Shown: piece by piece, positions 19,258 through 29,703 of the stretch | How the letters are laid out: every line of letters starts with the position of its first letter | How positions within the stretch are numbered: position 1 is the first letter of the stretch | Source of the DNA: an uncultured bacterium | GTDB taxonomy: Bacteria > Planctomycetota > UBA8108 > UBA1146 | Assembly: GCA_913056395.1 (NCBI GenBank) | Contig: CAJXMG010000002.1 | Coordinates: 17,353 to 81,352, forward strand | DNA: 64,000 bases | Reading direction: 5' to 3' | Program-made: the position numbers and the translations under genes | Notes under the pieces: model-generated | The model's input: only the letters and a program-made list of their open reading frames with translations | Told to the model about the DNA's origin: nothing | The model's database searches: none

Positions 19258-22092
19258 TCAATCCTTGAAGTGGTATGCCTCGGGATCTCTCCCCAATGGA
19301 CGTGGCAGCTCACGGGGTCTTCTCAAGCCGCCGTTGCGGTCGGGTCCTGAAGGCCGGGCCAGTTTCAACCAGTTCTGGTGTGCGGCCCTGGCTTTCTCCG
19401 GATGGACGACCACGTCACCATACTGGTCCTCGTCCGCAGCCTTCACCAATCGGACCTTCTGATGCCAGCAGTGCATACCGCTGACCGGGTCTGTCTGAAC
19501 AGGGAAGGCGAGGTTTTGATGGACGCCACTTTCGTCCCACCAGGTTCGCTCACTGTCGGGGTCATCACTCTTGAATGGCTCCGAGCCCTGAACTCGACGC
19601 ATTCGTGTACTGCCATCCGGCAGTTCTTCAAAATTCACCGTGGCACTGCTCCAGCGTGACCCGGGTCCATCTTCTTTGCGCCAGCGGCCCATATGGTGGG
19701 AACAGGCGATCACCCCGCTGCGAATGCCATCGGTAATCCGGGCACGATTGACGAAATGCCCAATCTCCGTCTCAACCCGCACCAGTGCACCATCGAGGAT
19801 GTCATGACGCTCTGCATCCTCCGGGTGAATCCATACAGGATTGGCATGGGAGATCTCCATCAGATGCTTGGAGTTGGCAGAGCGTGAGTGAATCATCGTC
19901 GGCAAGCGGAACGTGGGAACGAGAACGTAAACGCCATTTTCCGGATCCAGCTTCTCCGGCCCCACATGAGATCGGGAAACTCCGGGAAGGGCCTCATCTG
20001 AAAAGCCCCACTCTTCCAGAATGCCCGAATAAATCTCTATTCGTCGGCTCGGTGTCGGAAAGCCCTTGCGGATTGCACCATCCACCGCCACGCCGATCAC
20101 CTTGCCATCGACACTGGCGAGCCCGGTTTGGGGATCGATTTCCGGGATCTGATTTTCAGCCAGATCCACTTCCTGCCGATGAAGTTCGTAAGCTTCCCCG
20201 GGCAACTCGTGAGCCCCCACTCGAGTCATGTACTCCATCGGAGTCATTTGATTCTCTGCGGCTTTTTCAGGAAGGCCGGGAACACTGTTTTCGAACATGT
20301 GTTGATACTGTTCTTCAACGGTGACCTTTTCGCCGGGGCGGTAGGGCGATTCAAAGTGCTTGCGAATCCCCAGGCTGCCATCCGGGTCGATACGCCACGA
20401 CAACTCGATCCAGAATTCGTCCTCTTCCCAGACTTCGCCGGGGTTGAATCCACGGGTATCGTCGCTCGGCTTCCCCTCCAGTCGGGCCAATGCCCTGAAG
20501 ATCGGTTGCCGGAAAGAGAGCCAGCGCGCGGAGTGCGTCTCAAGACTTTGAACGTCGTGCCTCTCAGTGGAATGTCCCATCGGCAAGACAAGGTCTGCGT
20601 AGTAGGCGGTTTCATTCCAGGTGGGAGTCAGGGCGACATGAAGGCCCACCTTCTCCTCGTCTTCAAGCATGCGCATCCACGACATGCCATCCGGATAGGT
20701 CCACACCGGATTGAAGACGCGGGTGAAATAGACACCGATCTTGCCGATGCCGTCTTCCACCAGATGCGGCAACAGATGACTCATCTCATAAAATGAGGTC
20801 GGAAATTGCCGCGGCCAGATCAATTCATTCCAGCGCTTGCCGGGATCTGGCATCGAAAAGAAGTCCGGCTTGAACTTGTTCCAACCGGCGGGAGAAGTTC
20901 CGCCCTCCACCCCCAGTGAACCTGTGAAGGCATTGAGGATCGCCAGTGAACGGGCGATCTGCCACCCCCCCAGATTGCCACTGGCCGCACTACGCCAGCA
21001 ATGGGCAGCGATGCGCGATCCTGCTCTGGCAATCTCGGCAGCCAATTTTTCGATGCTGCCACTTTCCAGTCCTGCGTAGCTCTCGGCCTCTGCAGGTGTC
21101 CACTCGGAAAGGTGTTCAGAGAAGCGCTTCAGGAAGCGATCCACCGTCGGTACGTCTTCGGGATGAAGTTCTTTCAGGTAACCGCGCCAATCGACCCACT
21201 CTTCGATGAACTTGCGATCGATCCGATTCTCTTCGATGAGGATTCTCAACGCCGCAAGGATGACTGCGCCTTCGGTTCCCGGCTTCGTCGGTAGCCAGAG
21301 GTCCGCTCTCGATGCGGTGTTCGACAATCTTGGGTCAAGGACCACGATGCGAGCCCCACTGTGCTTGGCCTCGATGATTCTCTGGGCATGGGGATTGAAG
21401 TAGTGTCCCGACTCGAGGTGGGCACTGAGGAGCAGAATCAACTGGGCATTGGCGTGATCCGGTGCGGGACGGTCATATCCCCAGGTAAACTGGTAACCGG
21501 CACGGGCACTGGCAGAGCAAACCGTGGTGTGGCTGTTATGGCCATCGATTCCCCACGCCTGCAAGACCCGCTCCACTGAGCCCTCATGTCCAGGCCTGCC
21601 CACGTGATACATCACCTCGTCGTGACGATCTTCCTTGAAGCAATTCTGAATCGAATTGGCGATCTGATTGAGGGCGCTTTCCCAACTGACCGGTTCAAAC
21701 TTGCCCTCACCACGGGGGCCGACCCGGCGCATCGGCTGCAGAATCCGCTCCGGATCCTGTACCTGGTTCAGCGTCGCCGGTCCCTTGGCACAGTTTTTTC
21801 CGCGGCTTCCGGGATGCAGAGGATTGCCCTCGAGACGAAGGATCTCCCGTGAGTCCTTGTCCACCGCCGCCAACAATCCACACGCCGCTTCGCAATTGAA
21901 ACAGGTCGTCGGGACCATCGCCAACCGCCGGGGCTTGCGCTTGCTGTCCAGCTCCTCTACTTCAAGCCACTTCTCGAAGGGCGGATAACGCAACAATCCT
22001 TCTCCGTACGGATCGGGATCGGGCCATTTTCTTTCCCGGGGAACCAGGCCGACAAGTCCGGCAAGTTTTTCGATCCAGCTGATCTTGCTCAT
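19258..22092 (-). CDS. Mo/W-bisPGD oxidoreductase catalytic subunit (DMSO reductase superfamily, Psr/Phs-like)
   Basis: CFNCEAAC...GKNCAKG Fe-S motif, DPERILQPMRR, HNSHTTVCS, PGTEGA and WIHPEDA...ETEIG C-terminal domain. Confidence 0.88.
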   Translation of the reverse strand: MSKISWIEKLAGLVGLVPRERKWPDPDPYGEGLLRYPPFEKWLEVEELDSKRKPRRLAMVPTTCFNCEAACGLLAAVDKDSREILRLEGNPLHPGSRGKNCAKGPATLNQVQDPERILQPMRRVGPRGEGKFEPVSWESALNQIANSIQNCFKEDRHDEVMYHVGRPGHEGSVERVLQAWGIDGHNSHTTVCSASARAGYQFTWGYDRPAPDHANAQLILLLSAHLESGHYFNPHAQRIIEAKHSGARIVVLDPRLSNTASRADLWLPTKPGTEGAVILAALRILIEENRIDRKFIEEWVDWRGYLKELHPEDVPTVDRFLKRFSEHLSEWTPAEAESYAGLESGSIEKLAAEIARAGSRIAAHCWRSAASGNLGGWQIARSLAILNAFTGSLGVEGGTSPAGWNKFKPDFFSMPDPGKRWNELIWPRQFPTSFYEMSHLLPHLVEDGIGKIGVYFTRVFNPVWTYPDGMSWMRMLEDEEKVGLHVALTPTWNETAYYADLVLPMGHSTERHDVQSLETHSARWLSFRQPIFRALARLEGKPSDDTRGFNPGEVWEEDEFWIELSWRIDPDGSLGIRKHFESPYRPGEKVTVEEQYQHMFENSVPGLPEKAAENQMTPMEYMTRVGAHELPGEAYELHRQEVDLAENQIPEIDPQTGLASVDGKVIGVAVDGAIRKGFPTPSRRIEIYSGILEEWGFSDEALPGVSRSHVGPEKLDPENGVYVLVPTFRLPTMIHSRSANSKHLMEISHANPVWIHPEDAERHDILDGALVRVETEIGHFVNRARITDGIRSGVIACSHHMGRWRKEDGPGSRWSSATVNFEELPDGSTRMRRVQGSEPFKSDDPDSERTWWDESGVHQNLAFPVQTDPVSGMHCWHQKVRLVKAADEDQYGDVVVHPEKARAAHQNWLKLARPSGPDRNGGLRRPRELPRPLGRDPEAYHFKD

Positions 22093-22104
22093 GCTGATCC
22101 CTCC

Positions 22105-23628
22105 TCATGCCAGGGGGAGGCGTTGAGGAGCCTCCACCCACAGGTGTTCCCAGAGGGCGATTCCCAACAACGCCAACAGCGCGGGGATGACGGCCATTCC
22201 AGATCCGGTATCCAGGAATGTGATCCAAAGTAATGGAATCAGTTTTCCAAGGCCCAGAACCCCTACCCAGTAAATCGGTGCCCGCCGACCTTCCAGAATT
22301 GAATGGGCAGCACGGCGAGCGGCTTCGGTGGAGTGCCGTCCATGGACATCCAACAGAACAAAAGGGGTTTCCAGAATCAGGGAGAAGAGTAACAGGCCCT
22401 TGAGGTCTTCCAGGTCACCGGGGTTCAACAGCCACAGTGCAGCCGCTCCGGCTACGACAGCCTGGAGACCCAGGTGGAGTGGCGACAGGGCCGACTGCCA
22501 CATGTCTCTCCCCTTCGCCTGACCGAAGAGCCAGCCGGAGTAGGCGGCCACAAATGTACCGAGGACTCCCCCTGCAAGTAGTAACAGTGCACCGAGAAAA
22601 GTGGAACTGCTCTCACCCAACCACCAGCCTGCAACCAGGACTCCGTTGTAGAGAGTGATGCCATAAGCTCCACGGACCAGCCATGAAGACCATTGGGGTC
22701 GCAGAAGAACCCAGAGGAATCTCTCCGGCCTCTTGAGGTCGGCGACCAGCAAGACTCCGGTCACCGCCATGAAGAACAGTGCCAAAGGCCAGGCGATGTC
22801 GAGGGCCCCATCGATCAGGCTTCGTCGTTCAAAGGGCCAAAGCAGTGCGGGAACCATCAATGCTCCAGCGGCAATCGACTTGGTCCACAGATACGCACTG
22901 ACCTTCCAGCCCCAGCTGAGAGCGTGACGCTGCTGGATGTCGTAGGTCCGCGTCGGGGCTCCCCGCTCGTATGTCACCGGATTCTCGGCATCGTCGGTCC
23001 CATCCTCTTGCCTTTGTCCCCAGAGTGTTCTCTGGGGTCTCTGACTGGCGAGCGGATCGAGGGCTTCCACATGACCTTCGATGTAGTGAATCTTGGGACG
23101 GGTTCCTTTTTCCGGCTTGCGAACCATCGTCGGTTCACCCGCCACTAATCGTGCAATGCGGCTCTCCGGATCAGCAAGGTCTCCCGTCACGATCGCTCCC
23201 GTCGGACACACGACAGCACATGCCGGCTCCCGACCGGCATCGACACGGTGACTGCAATAATTGCATTTGGTCGCGGTGCCGGTCTCCGGGTGAATATCGA
23301 TGGCATCGTAGGGACAGGCCTGCATGCACGCTTTGCAGCCGATGCATCTTCCTGGATCAAAATCGACGATGGCATCCTTGCGAACCGAAAGGCTGGCTGT
23401 GGGGCAAATTTCCACACAGGGAGCATCTGCACAGTGATTGCAGCGCAGAACATGGAAGGCCCGCTCTGCGCGGGGGTGAACCCCTTTTTCCAGATATTGG
23501 ACCCAGGTCTTGTTGATCCCGACCGGGTCAGAATGCTCGGTCTTGCACGCCACCGTACAGGCGTGGCAACCGATGCAGCTGCGGTTGTCGATCACAAATC
23601 CATAGGAGGGGTCAGTGTGGGAAGCCAT
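22105..23628 (-). CDS. Fused 4Fe-4S dicluster + NrfD/PsrC membrane anchor
   Basis: CIGCHACTVAC, CNHCADAPCVEICP, CIGCKACMQACP and KCNYC...PACAVVCP, followed by a multi-TM region with DLKRPERF...SSWLVRG. Confidence 0.9.
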   Translation of the reverse strand: MASHTDPSYGFVIDNRSCIGCHACTVACKTEHSDPVGINKTWVQYLEKGVHPRAERAFHVLRCNHCADAPCVEICPTASLSVRKDAIVDFDPGRCIGCKACMQACPYDAIDIHPETGTATKCNYCSHRVDAGREPACAVVCPTGAIVTGDLADPESRIARLVAGEPTMVRKPEKGTRPKIHYIEGHVEALDPLASQRPQRTLWGQRQEDGTDDAENPVTYERGAPTRTYDIQQRHALSWGWKVSAYLWTKSIAAGALMVPALLWPFERRSLIDGALDIAWPLALFFMAVTGVLLVADLKRPERFLWVLLRPQWSSWLVRGAYGITLYNGVLVAGWWLGESSSTFLGALLLLAGGVLGTFVAAYSGWLFGQAKGRDMWQSALSPLHLGLQAVVAGAAALWLLNPGDLEDLKGLLLFSLILETPFVLLDVHGRHSTEAARRAAHSILEGRRAPIYWVGVLGLGKLIPLLWITFLDTGSGMAVIPALLALLGIALWEHLWVEAPQRLPLA

Positions 23629-23765
23629 GGGGTTGAATTTACCCTTGGGAAGGCCCAGAGGCCATCAGTACGGACCGTCTTGACGGGGAACTTTTCAGCC
23701 TGCAAGTTCAGGCCTTGTCAGTTCCTGACACTTCAGGCGTAAATCTGGAGGAGGGAGGAAACCCC

Positions 23766-26549
23766 ATGGCGAGGGTCGAACGTCACTTTCTGGGAAAATC
23801 CCGAGGATTCCTGCGGGCCGCTGCAGAGCGTCTGGTCGCAGAGGTCTGTGGTGAATCTGGCGATTCCGGCCCCATCGATCTCAGGGACCGCCTGGTGGTT
23901 CTTCCCGGTAGCAGGGCCACCCGCCTCCTCCTTCGACAACTGACACAGATCAGCCACGATCGTGGAGTCGGGCTTCTCCCCCCTCAGATCGAGACTCCAG
24001 GTCAGTTGGAGATCCTGCTCATCGATCGGGACCTTCCACGGATCACTCCGGAAGAAGAGCGACTTTCCTGGTTGCTGACCCTTCAGTCCGCTTCCCAAGG
24101 GCAAAAAGAAACCCTCGGCATTGAAGAATCCACCAGTGGCAACGCCGCAGGATTGTTGAAAGTGGGTCAACTTCTCTCGAATACGGTTCGTCAGCTCAAG
24201 CAGGAAGGATCCAATCCAGGGGCGGCAGCCCACTGCATGGCTCCCCGTGATACGGAAGCCGCCAAGCGATTGCTGGTGATCGAGGAACTGGAGAATTCCC
24301 GTCTGGAGCTGTTACGCAATTGGGGAGTCCACCCCGGAGGATTCAGCCATGCTTCCCCCCGTGAAGCCCACAGAAAAGTGACCCTGATCGGCATTCTCGA
24401 GTTGCCAGCGACGACTCGGGCATGGCTGGAAGAACATTGCCTCTGCCAGATCTGGATCGACGCAGAAGGTGGTGACCAAAACCTCTACGACGACTGGGGG
24501 CGACCGATCCCCGAAATGTGGGCAAATCTGGAACTCGCCGATTCGATCCCCATGATCGTTGCCGACCAACCTGCGGACCTGACCCTCGCCGTCGTTCAGC
24601 ACATCGCTGAGCAGGACTCCATCGAAAAGATGGAGGACGTTTCCCTCGGCCTGCTGGATGAAGATCTGACTCCATGGTTGACCGAAGGTCTTCGTCGACA
24701 TGGCATGGGCATCCACCCTGCTGCCGGCAAACCCCATTCACTGACCTCGACGGGTCGACTGGTCGAGGGAATCCGCCGGGTGGTGACCGGAAACACCTTT
24801 GCCGCATTTTCTGGCCTCGCCCGCCATCCACTCGTGCTGAAACGACTCCCCACCAGAACAAACCACAAAGGTGAGGAGATCGAAGTCTTGAAAGACTTCG
24901 ATCGCTGGAGCACCGAACGTCAGCCGGATCAGGCTCAAGACCCCAACGCCCCACCCGCACTCCTCTACTTGCAAGAGCAGTTGTCCCCTCTGATGAGCGA
25001 CGAGGGTCAATTGCATCTGCGCATCGACCAGTACCTGCAGGTTCTCGGAAACCTTGTCGGAACCGACGAGGATGGATTTCCACAGATTCCCGAGGGAGAA
25101 GGGGATCTGCTCATCGAGACACTGGAAAAATTGCGTGAGTGTGGCCCTCAAACAGATCTGCACCTGAACGCAGACAACTTCGTCAGTCTCGTTTGCGCCC
25201 TGACGATGGATTCTTTGATACCCGAGGAAAATGACCCGTCATCGATTCAGGGACTCGGCTGGCTGGAACTGGCCATGGATGAAGCTCCTCACCTGATACT
25301 GACCGGGATCAGCGAGGGAAAACTGTCCGGCTCACTGACCTCCGATCCCCTGATTCCCGAATCATTGAGACGGGAATTGGGCATCCCCGGCTACGAAGAA
25401 CGGGTCGCCCGCGACACCCATCTGCTTCGCAACCTGGTCGACGGACGCCGTCACACAGTCGTGGCTCTTTCTGCCAGAGATTCGCAGGGAAATCCGCAAC
25501 TCCCCTCGCGTCTGCTGCTCCGCGGTGAAGCAGGAGTTCAACGACTGAGAGATTTCCTCGACATCGAGAAGCGGGCACTTTTGAAGGAACAAACCACGGT
25601 GTCCACGGAAGAGCTTGCTGATTGGGGGCCTCCACGCTCCATCGGTACTCCTGCTCCCGAGAAGATCTCGGTCACTGGATTCGCCCGCTGGATTGCGGAC
25701 CCCGTGCTCTTCGAACTGGAGCGAACCCTCCGATGCTCCGAATGTCACGACCGGGATTTGCAACTGTCGCCAATGGCATTTGGCAACATGGTTCACTGGG
25801 TTCTGGAGACGTACGGGAAAACCGAAGCCCTGAAGGATCTCGAGGACAGGGATGCCATTCTCGAAGCAGCGGAGTCACTGCTTGAACAATACTGCCGAAA
25901 GAAACTGGCACAGCACCCCAGAGCAGCGGTTCTGGTTCAGGTTGAGCAGGCACGGGCACGGCTCGAGATCTGGGCGACACAACAATCGATTCTGCGCTTT
26001 CAGGGCTGGAAAATCATGGCCACAGAGATCTCTCTCGAGCCGGAACATTGCCGATTGACGGTACCAGAGGGAAGCATCGGAGTTTCCGGCAGAATCGACC
26101 GGATTGATCGCAATGAAAAAACTGGCGAGTGGCGAATCCTCGACTACAAAACCAGTGAACAGGGGCCATCTCCTGAAAAGGATCATGGAAGACGACCGGG
26201 GAGAGATACGGAATGGAAGAAACTGCAACTCCCCCTGTATCGTCATTTCGCATCCACTCTGGTGATTGAAGGCGCTCAGCTACCAACGGACCCGGAGGTT
26301 GGATTTTTCAATCTTCCTGGAACCACTTCGGCCCGCTCAGTTCAAATCGCAGCCTGGACCGACGACGACTACGACGATGCCGTCGCACTTGCCCATGAAA
26401 TCGTGACGGAGATCTTCTCTCCAGAGGAACGAACCCTGGAAAAACTGACTCCCCCCTGGGACCGGGCCCTTGCAGGCGTGGTCATCGATGCAGAGAAGAG
26501 TCTTTCAGCGATGCTGGAAGCCTCTGCGGAAGATGAGGTGGAGGCATGA
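23766..26549 (+). CDS. addB: AddB/RexB-like DNA repair subunit with C-terminal PD-(D/E)XK nuclease
   Basis: Degenerate helicase body with GRIDRID...ILDYKT; strong RBS before ATG 23766; stop overlaps addA (ATGA). Confidence 0.78.
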   Translation: MARVERHFLGKSRGFLRAAAERLVAEVCGESGDSGPIDLRDRLVVLPGSRATRLLLRQLTQISHDRGVGLLPPQIETPGQLEILLIDRDLPRITPEEERLSWLLTLQSASQGQKETLGIEESTSGNAAGLLKVGQLLSNTVRQLKQEGSNPGAAAHCMAPRDTEAAKRLLVIEELENSRLELLRNWGVHPGGFSHASPREAHRKVTLIGILELPATTRAWLEEHCLCQIWIDAEGGDQNLYDDWGRPIPEMWANLELADSIPMIVADQPADLTLAVVQHIAEQDSIEKMEDVSLGLLDEDLTPWLTEGLRRHGMGIHPAAGKPHSLTSTGRLVEGIRRVVTGNTFAAFSGLARHPLVLKRLPTRTNHKGEEIEVLKDFDRWSTERQPDQAQDPNAPPALLYLQEQLSPLMSDEGQLHLRIDQYLQVLGNLVGTDEDGFPQIPEGEGDLLIETLEKLRECGPQTDLHLNADNFVSLVCALTMDSLIPEENDPSSIQGLGWLELAMDEAPHLILTGISEGKLSGSLTSDPLIPESLRRELGIPGYEERVARDTHLLRNLVDGRRHTVVALSARDSQGNPQLPSRLLLRGEAGVQRLRDFLDIEKRALLKEQTTVSTEELADWGPPRSIGTPAPEKISVTGFARWIADPVLFELERTLRCSECHDRDLQLSPMAFGNMVHWVLETYGKTEALKDLEDRDAILEAAESLLEQYCRKKLAQHPRAAVLVQVEQARARLEIWATQQSILRFQGWKIMATEISLEPEHCRLTVPEGSIGVSGRIDRIDRNEKTGEWRILDYKTSEQGPSPEKDHGRRPGRDTEWKKLQLPLYRHFASTLVIEGAQLPTDPEVGFFNLPGTTSARSVQIAAWTDDDYDDAVALAHEIVTEIFSPEERTLEKLTPPWDRALAGVVIDAEKSLSAMLEASAEDEVEA

Positions 26550-29500
26550 GTTTCCCCTATCACCGCATGATTCGGGCCAGCGCAGGATCCGGAAAAACCT
26601 ATGCTCTGACCACCCGCTATCTGGGGCTGATTCTCTGTGGAGAATCCGCCGACTCCATTCTGGCCGTCACATTCACCCGAACCGCTGCCGGGGAAATCAT
26701 GGAAAGAATCCTCGACAGGTTGCTGAAGGCTCTCGAGCCAGAAGGACTGTCAGATTTGATTCACGCCCTGAAGCTGGAGGGGTTCACTCAACTCGTTTCT
26801 GAACTGGAGGCATCATCCCAGGACGATGCCATCAGGAACCGGATTGAACCCGCACTGACTCAGATGCTCTCTGTTCTCCACAAATGTCAGGTTTCCACAC
26901 TGGATGCGTTTTTCTCACGGATCGCCACAGGGTTTACCTACGAATGCGATCTTTCTCCGGGTTGGCAGATACTGGATGAAGAGGCACTGAACAAAATACG
27001 TACCGGAGCGATTCAGAAGATTCTGGAAGAAGAGGGTACCCGGGAAGCCCGACAGTTGATGCATCGTCTCAACAAGGGAAAGCTCAGCAGTCAGGTCGCT
27101 GCGGATCTCGACAGACTCGTCTCAGACTTTCACGAAAAATGGCGTGAGTTTCCCAAGAATGCATGGGAACTGCCCGCTGACTGCTCAGGCCCCAATCCTG
27201 CCGATCTGGAACGTGCATGGGAAACCGTTCTCCGATTCGAGTGCCCCAAAGACAAAGCAGGAAAAAAGAAACGCAAACACTGGGAGAATGGTCTGCGAAC
27301 TCTCCAGGAAGTCTGGGGGGAAGATCTTCTGACGAGGATCGCGGCCTGTGAAAAGGGTCTTCTTTCCAAAGTGATCCAAGGTGAACGAATCTTTGATCGG
27401 GTTGAAATTGACGACGACCTTTTCGATGCAATTCAAACCTTCCTGGAGCAGTTAGGCAGTGAATACTCGGCATTGATCAGGACGCAGAATCAATCCACCG
27501 GTGAGTTTTTGCAAAAGTACGACATCGAACGGAGCCGCGGGCTCAAGGAGCAGGGCGGACTCAACTACAGCGATGTTCCAGTGGCCCTTCTGCAAGCCAG
27601 AATCCTCGGCCAAATGGGCCTCGTCGATGACCGCATGGATGCTTCTGTCAGACATCTGCTTCTCGATGAATTTCAGGATACTTCCCTGATCCAATTTGCG
27701 GTCCTGGACCCCCTGATCGATGAACTGGCTGCGGACAGTGCCGGTGGAAGATCGATTTTTTGCGTCGGTGACAGCAAGCAGGCCATCTACGGCTGGCGCG
27801 GTGGTCGGGCTGAAGTCATGGATCTGTTTGAACAAAAACTGTTACCCGGATCTGAACAAAGATTCGACGAATCCTGGAGATCATCCGCTCCGATTCTGGA
27901 GTGTGTGAACCAGACCTTTGGCGATCTCAGTTCAGCGGCTCCGGAGAGTGAGGATCAACCGGCTGTCGACAAGTGGAGCACGCTCTTCGATGAGCACCGT
28001 GTCGCAGCTCCACGTGCTCCTCAGGAATCCGGTCATGTGATATTGCGGATCGCTCATGAGCATGACGGCAAGTCGAGTAAAATCTGCCCCTATCTGGATA
28101 CCCTCGCCGAAGTGGAAAGGCTGCAAAGCCTCTCCCCCAACGGCACCATTGCCATACTCGTGCGAAAAAACCAGCAGATTTCCCACTTGGTCAATGCGCT
28201 GAAAGCAAAGGGTATCGAGGCCAGCGAAGAACGTGGAAACCCACTGACCGATTCACCTGCAGTCGGCCGTCTGATCGCACTGCTCGAGTGGATCGAGCAC
28301 CCTGGCGACAGCACCCTTGGACTGGCAGTAGAACGATCTCCACTCTCGAGTATTCTTAAAAAAGATCCTGCCAGCCCATGGAGAACGACTCTCGATGAAC
28401 TCCGGGATCGAATCTATTCAGAGGGATTGCCAGAGGTCTTCAGCCCGATCTGCGATGAGTTGGCAAAGGTCTGTTCAGAAGAGGACCAATTACGGATCCA
28501 GCAGTTCATGGAGCAGTTGAGATCGATCGGGTTCCATGGCCTGCGACTGGCAGATCTGATCGAGGGATTGCGCAATCGTTCCGTTCCACGCCCCGGTGGG
28601 TCTCCTGTACAGGTGATGACGATTCATCAGGCGAAAGGCCTCGAGTTTGATGCGGTCATCCTTCCCGAGTTGGACTTCCGCTGGCTCCAGGTGATCCCTG
28701 GCCTTCTCACGCTGGAGGACGAATTCCAGCCGGTCCATCTGTCACGTTACGTCGGCAAGAAACATCTCTCGCTGGTCGGAGACCCCTACCCCCAAATGTA
28801 TCAGCAGAACCGTGATCAACGCCTCACTGAAGCTCTCTGCCTATTGTATGTCGCCATGACCCGGGCAAAGCACACTCTGATCATGTTGCTGCCGACACCC
28901 CCCAAAAAGGGTGCATACTCTTCTGACTCCTACGCCTCCCTGCTCGTTCAAAAATTGGCACCGGGTGCAGAACTCTCCGCCGGAAATGTTCTGTATGAGA
29001 TCGGCGAACCTGTTCGTCTTTCAGCCACCGGGGAAAACAGTGAGCGGACCCGAGTTCAACTCAGTCAGCGACGCCCACAACCGAACTCCTTGAGGGAGCG
29101 AACGAGCAGGGCTTCAGGAAAAGCGGGACACTTGACCGCGCCGCGACGCAAAGCTTTAAAACTCGGAAATCTCGCTCACCACTTGCTGGAACAATGCCAG
29201 TGGAGCGAAGTTTCCGGAGATACTGCCATGGCAAGTCTCAAAGCCCGATTCCCAAGAGAAGAATCGATCCACGAGGAAGCGGTGACACTGGTCTGTGAGG
29301 CCTTCACCAAAGGACCATTTGCAGATCTCTTCGACGAAGATCTGACTCGACAGCGTTTGGGCTGCGGGAAAGTGGATCAAATCGTTGTGGAAGCGGAAGT
29401 GCCGATTCTGACCCGAATCGGTGACAGGGATTTTCACGGAATCATTGACCGCATGGTCTTGCGCAAGGTCGGGAACGGGGTGGTCAGTGCTGAGTTGATC

Positions 29501-29686
29501 GATTTCAAAACTGATACTCTGGCCAGGGACTCTGCGGATCTGATCGAAAAGTATCAGGAGCAGATGCAAAAGTATCGCCAGGCAGTACACAGTGGCTGGG
29601 GGATCCCCATCGAGAACATCGATTTGAAAATCGCCCATATCAACTCAGGTACGTTCTCTTCAGTGGACGATTCCAGACGGCCCTGA
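26546..29686 (+). CDS. addA: AddA/RexA UvrD-type helicase-nuclease
   Basis: ASAGSGKT, VTFTRTAA, LDEFQDTS, VGDSKQAIYGWRG, MTIHQAKGLEF, YVAMTRA and GIIDR...IDFKT. Confidence 0.88.
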   Translation: MSFPYHRMIRASAGSGKTYALTTRYLGLILCGESADSILAVTFTRTAAGEIMERILDRLLKALEPEGLSDLIHALKLEGFTQLVSELEASSQDDAIRNRIEPALTQMLSVLHKCQVSTLDAFFSRIATGFTYECDLSPGWQILDEEALNKIRTGAIQKILEEEGTREARQLMHRLNKGKLSSQVAADLDRLVSDFHEKWREFPKNAWELPADCSGPNPADLERAWETVLRFECPKDKAGKKKRKHWENGLRTLQEVWGEDLLTRIAACEKGLLSKVIQGERIFDRVEIDDDLFDAIQTFLEQLGSEYSALIRTQNQSTGEFLQKYDIERSRGLKEQGGLNYSDVPVALLQARILGQMGLVDDRMDASVRHLLLDEFQDTSLIQFAVLDPLIDELAADSAGGRSIFCVGDSKQAIYGWRGGRAEVMDLFEQKLLPGSEQRFDESWRSSAPILECVNQTFGDLSSAAPESEDQPAVDKWSTLFDEHRVAAPRAPQESGHVILRIAHEHDGKSSKICPYLDTLAEVERLQSLSPNGTIAILVRKNQQISHLVNALKAKGIEASEERGNPLTDSPAVGRLIALLEWIEHPGDSTLGLAVERSPLSSILKKDPASPWRTTLDELRDRIYSEGLPEVFSPICDELAKVCSEEDQLRIQQFMEQLRSIGFHGLRLADLIEGLRNRSVPRPGGSPVQVMTIHQAKGLEFDAVILPELDFRWLQVIPGLLTLEDEFQPVHLSRYVGKKHLSLVGDPYPQMYQQNRDQRLTEALCLLYVAMTRAKHTLIMLLPTPPKKGAYSSDSYASLLVQKLAPGAELSAGNVLYEIGEPVRLSATGENSERTRVQLSQRRPQPNSLRERTSRASGKAGHLTAPRRKALKLGNLAHHLLEQCQWSEVSGDTAMASLKARFPREESIHEEAVTLVCEAFTKGPFADLFDEDLTRQRLGCGKVDQIVVEAEVPILTRIGDRDFHGIIDRMVLRKVGNGVVSAELIDFKTDTLARDSADLIEKYQEQMQKYRQAVHSGWGIPIENIDLKIAHINSGTFSSVDDSRRP

Positions 29687-29703
29687 TTCAGAGGTAGCAG
29701 GAT

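Noticed and set aside
23766..29686. Helicase-nuclease pair as a novel defence system
   Set aside because: Order, size and motifs fit the housekeeping AddAB recombination-repair complex.
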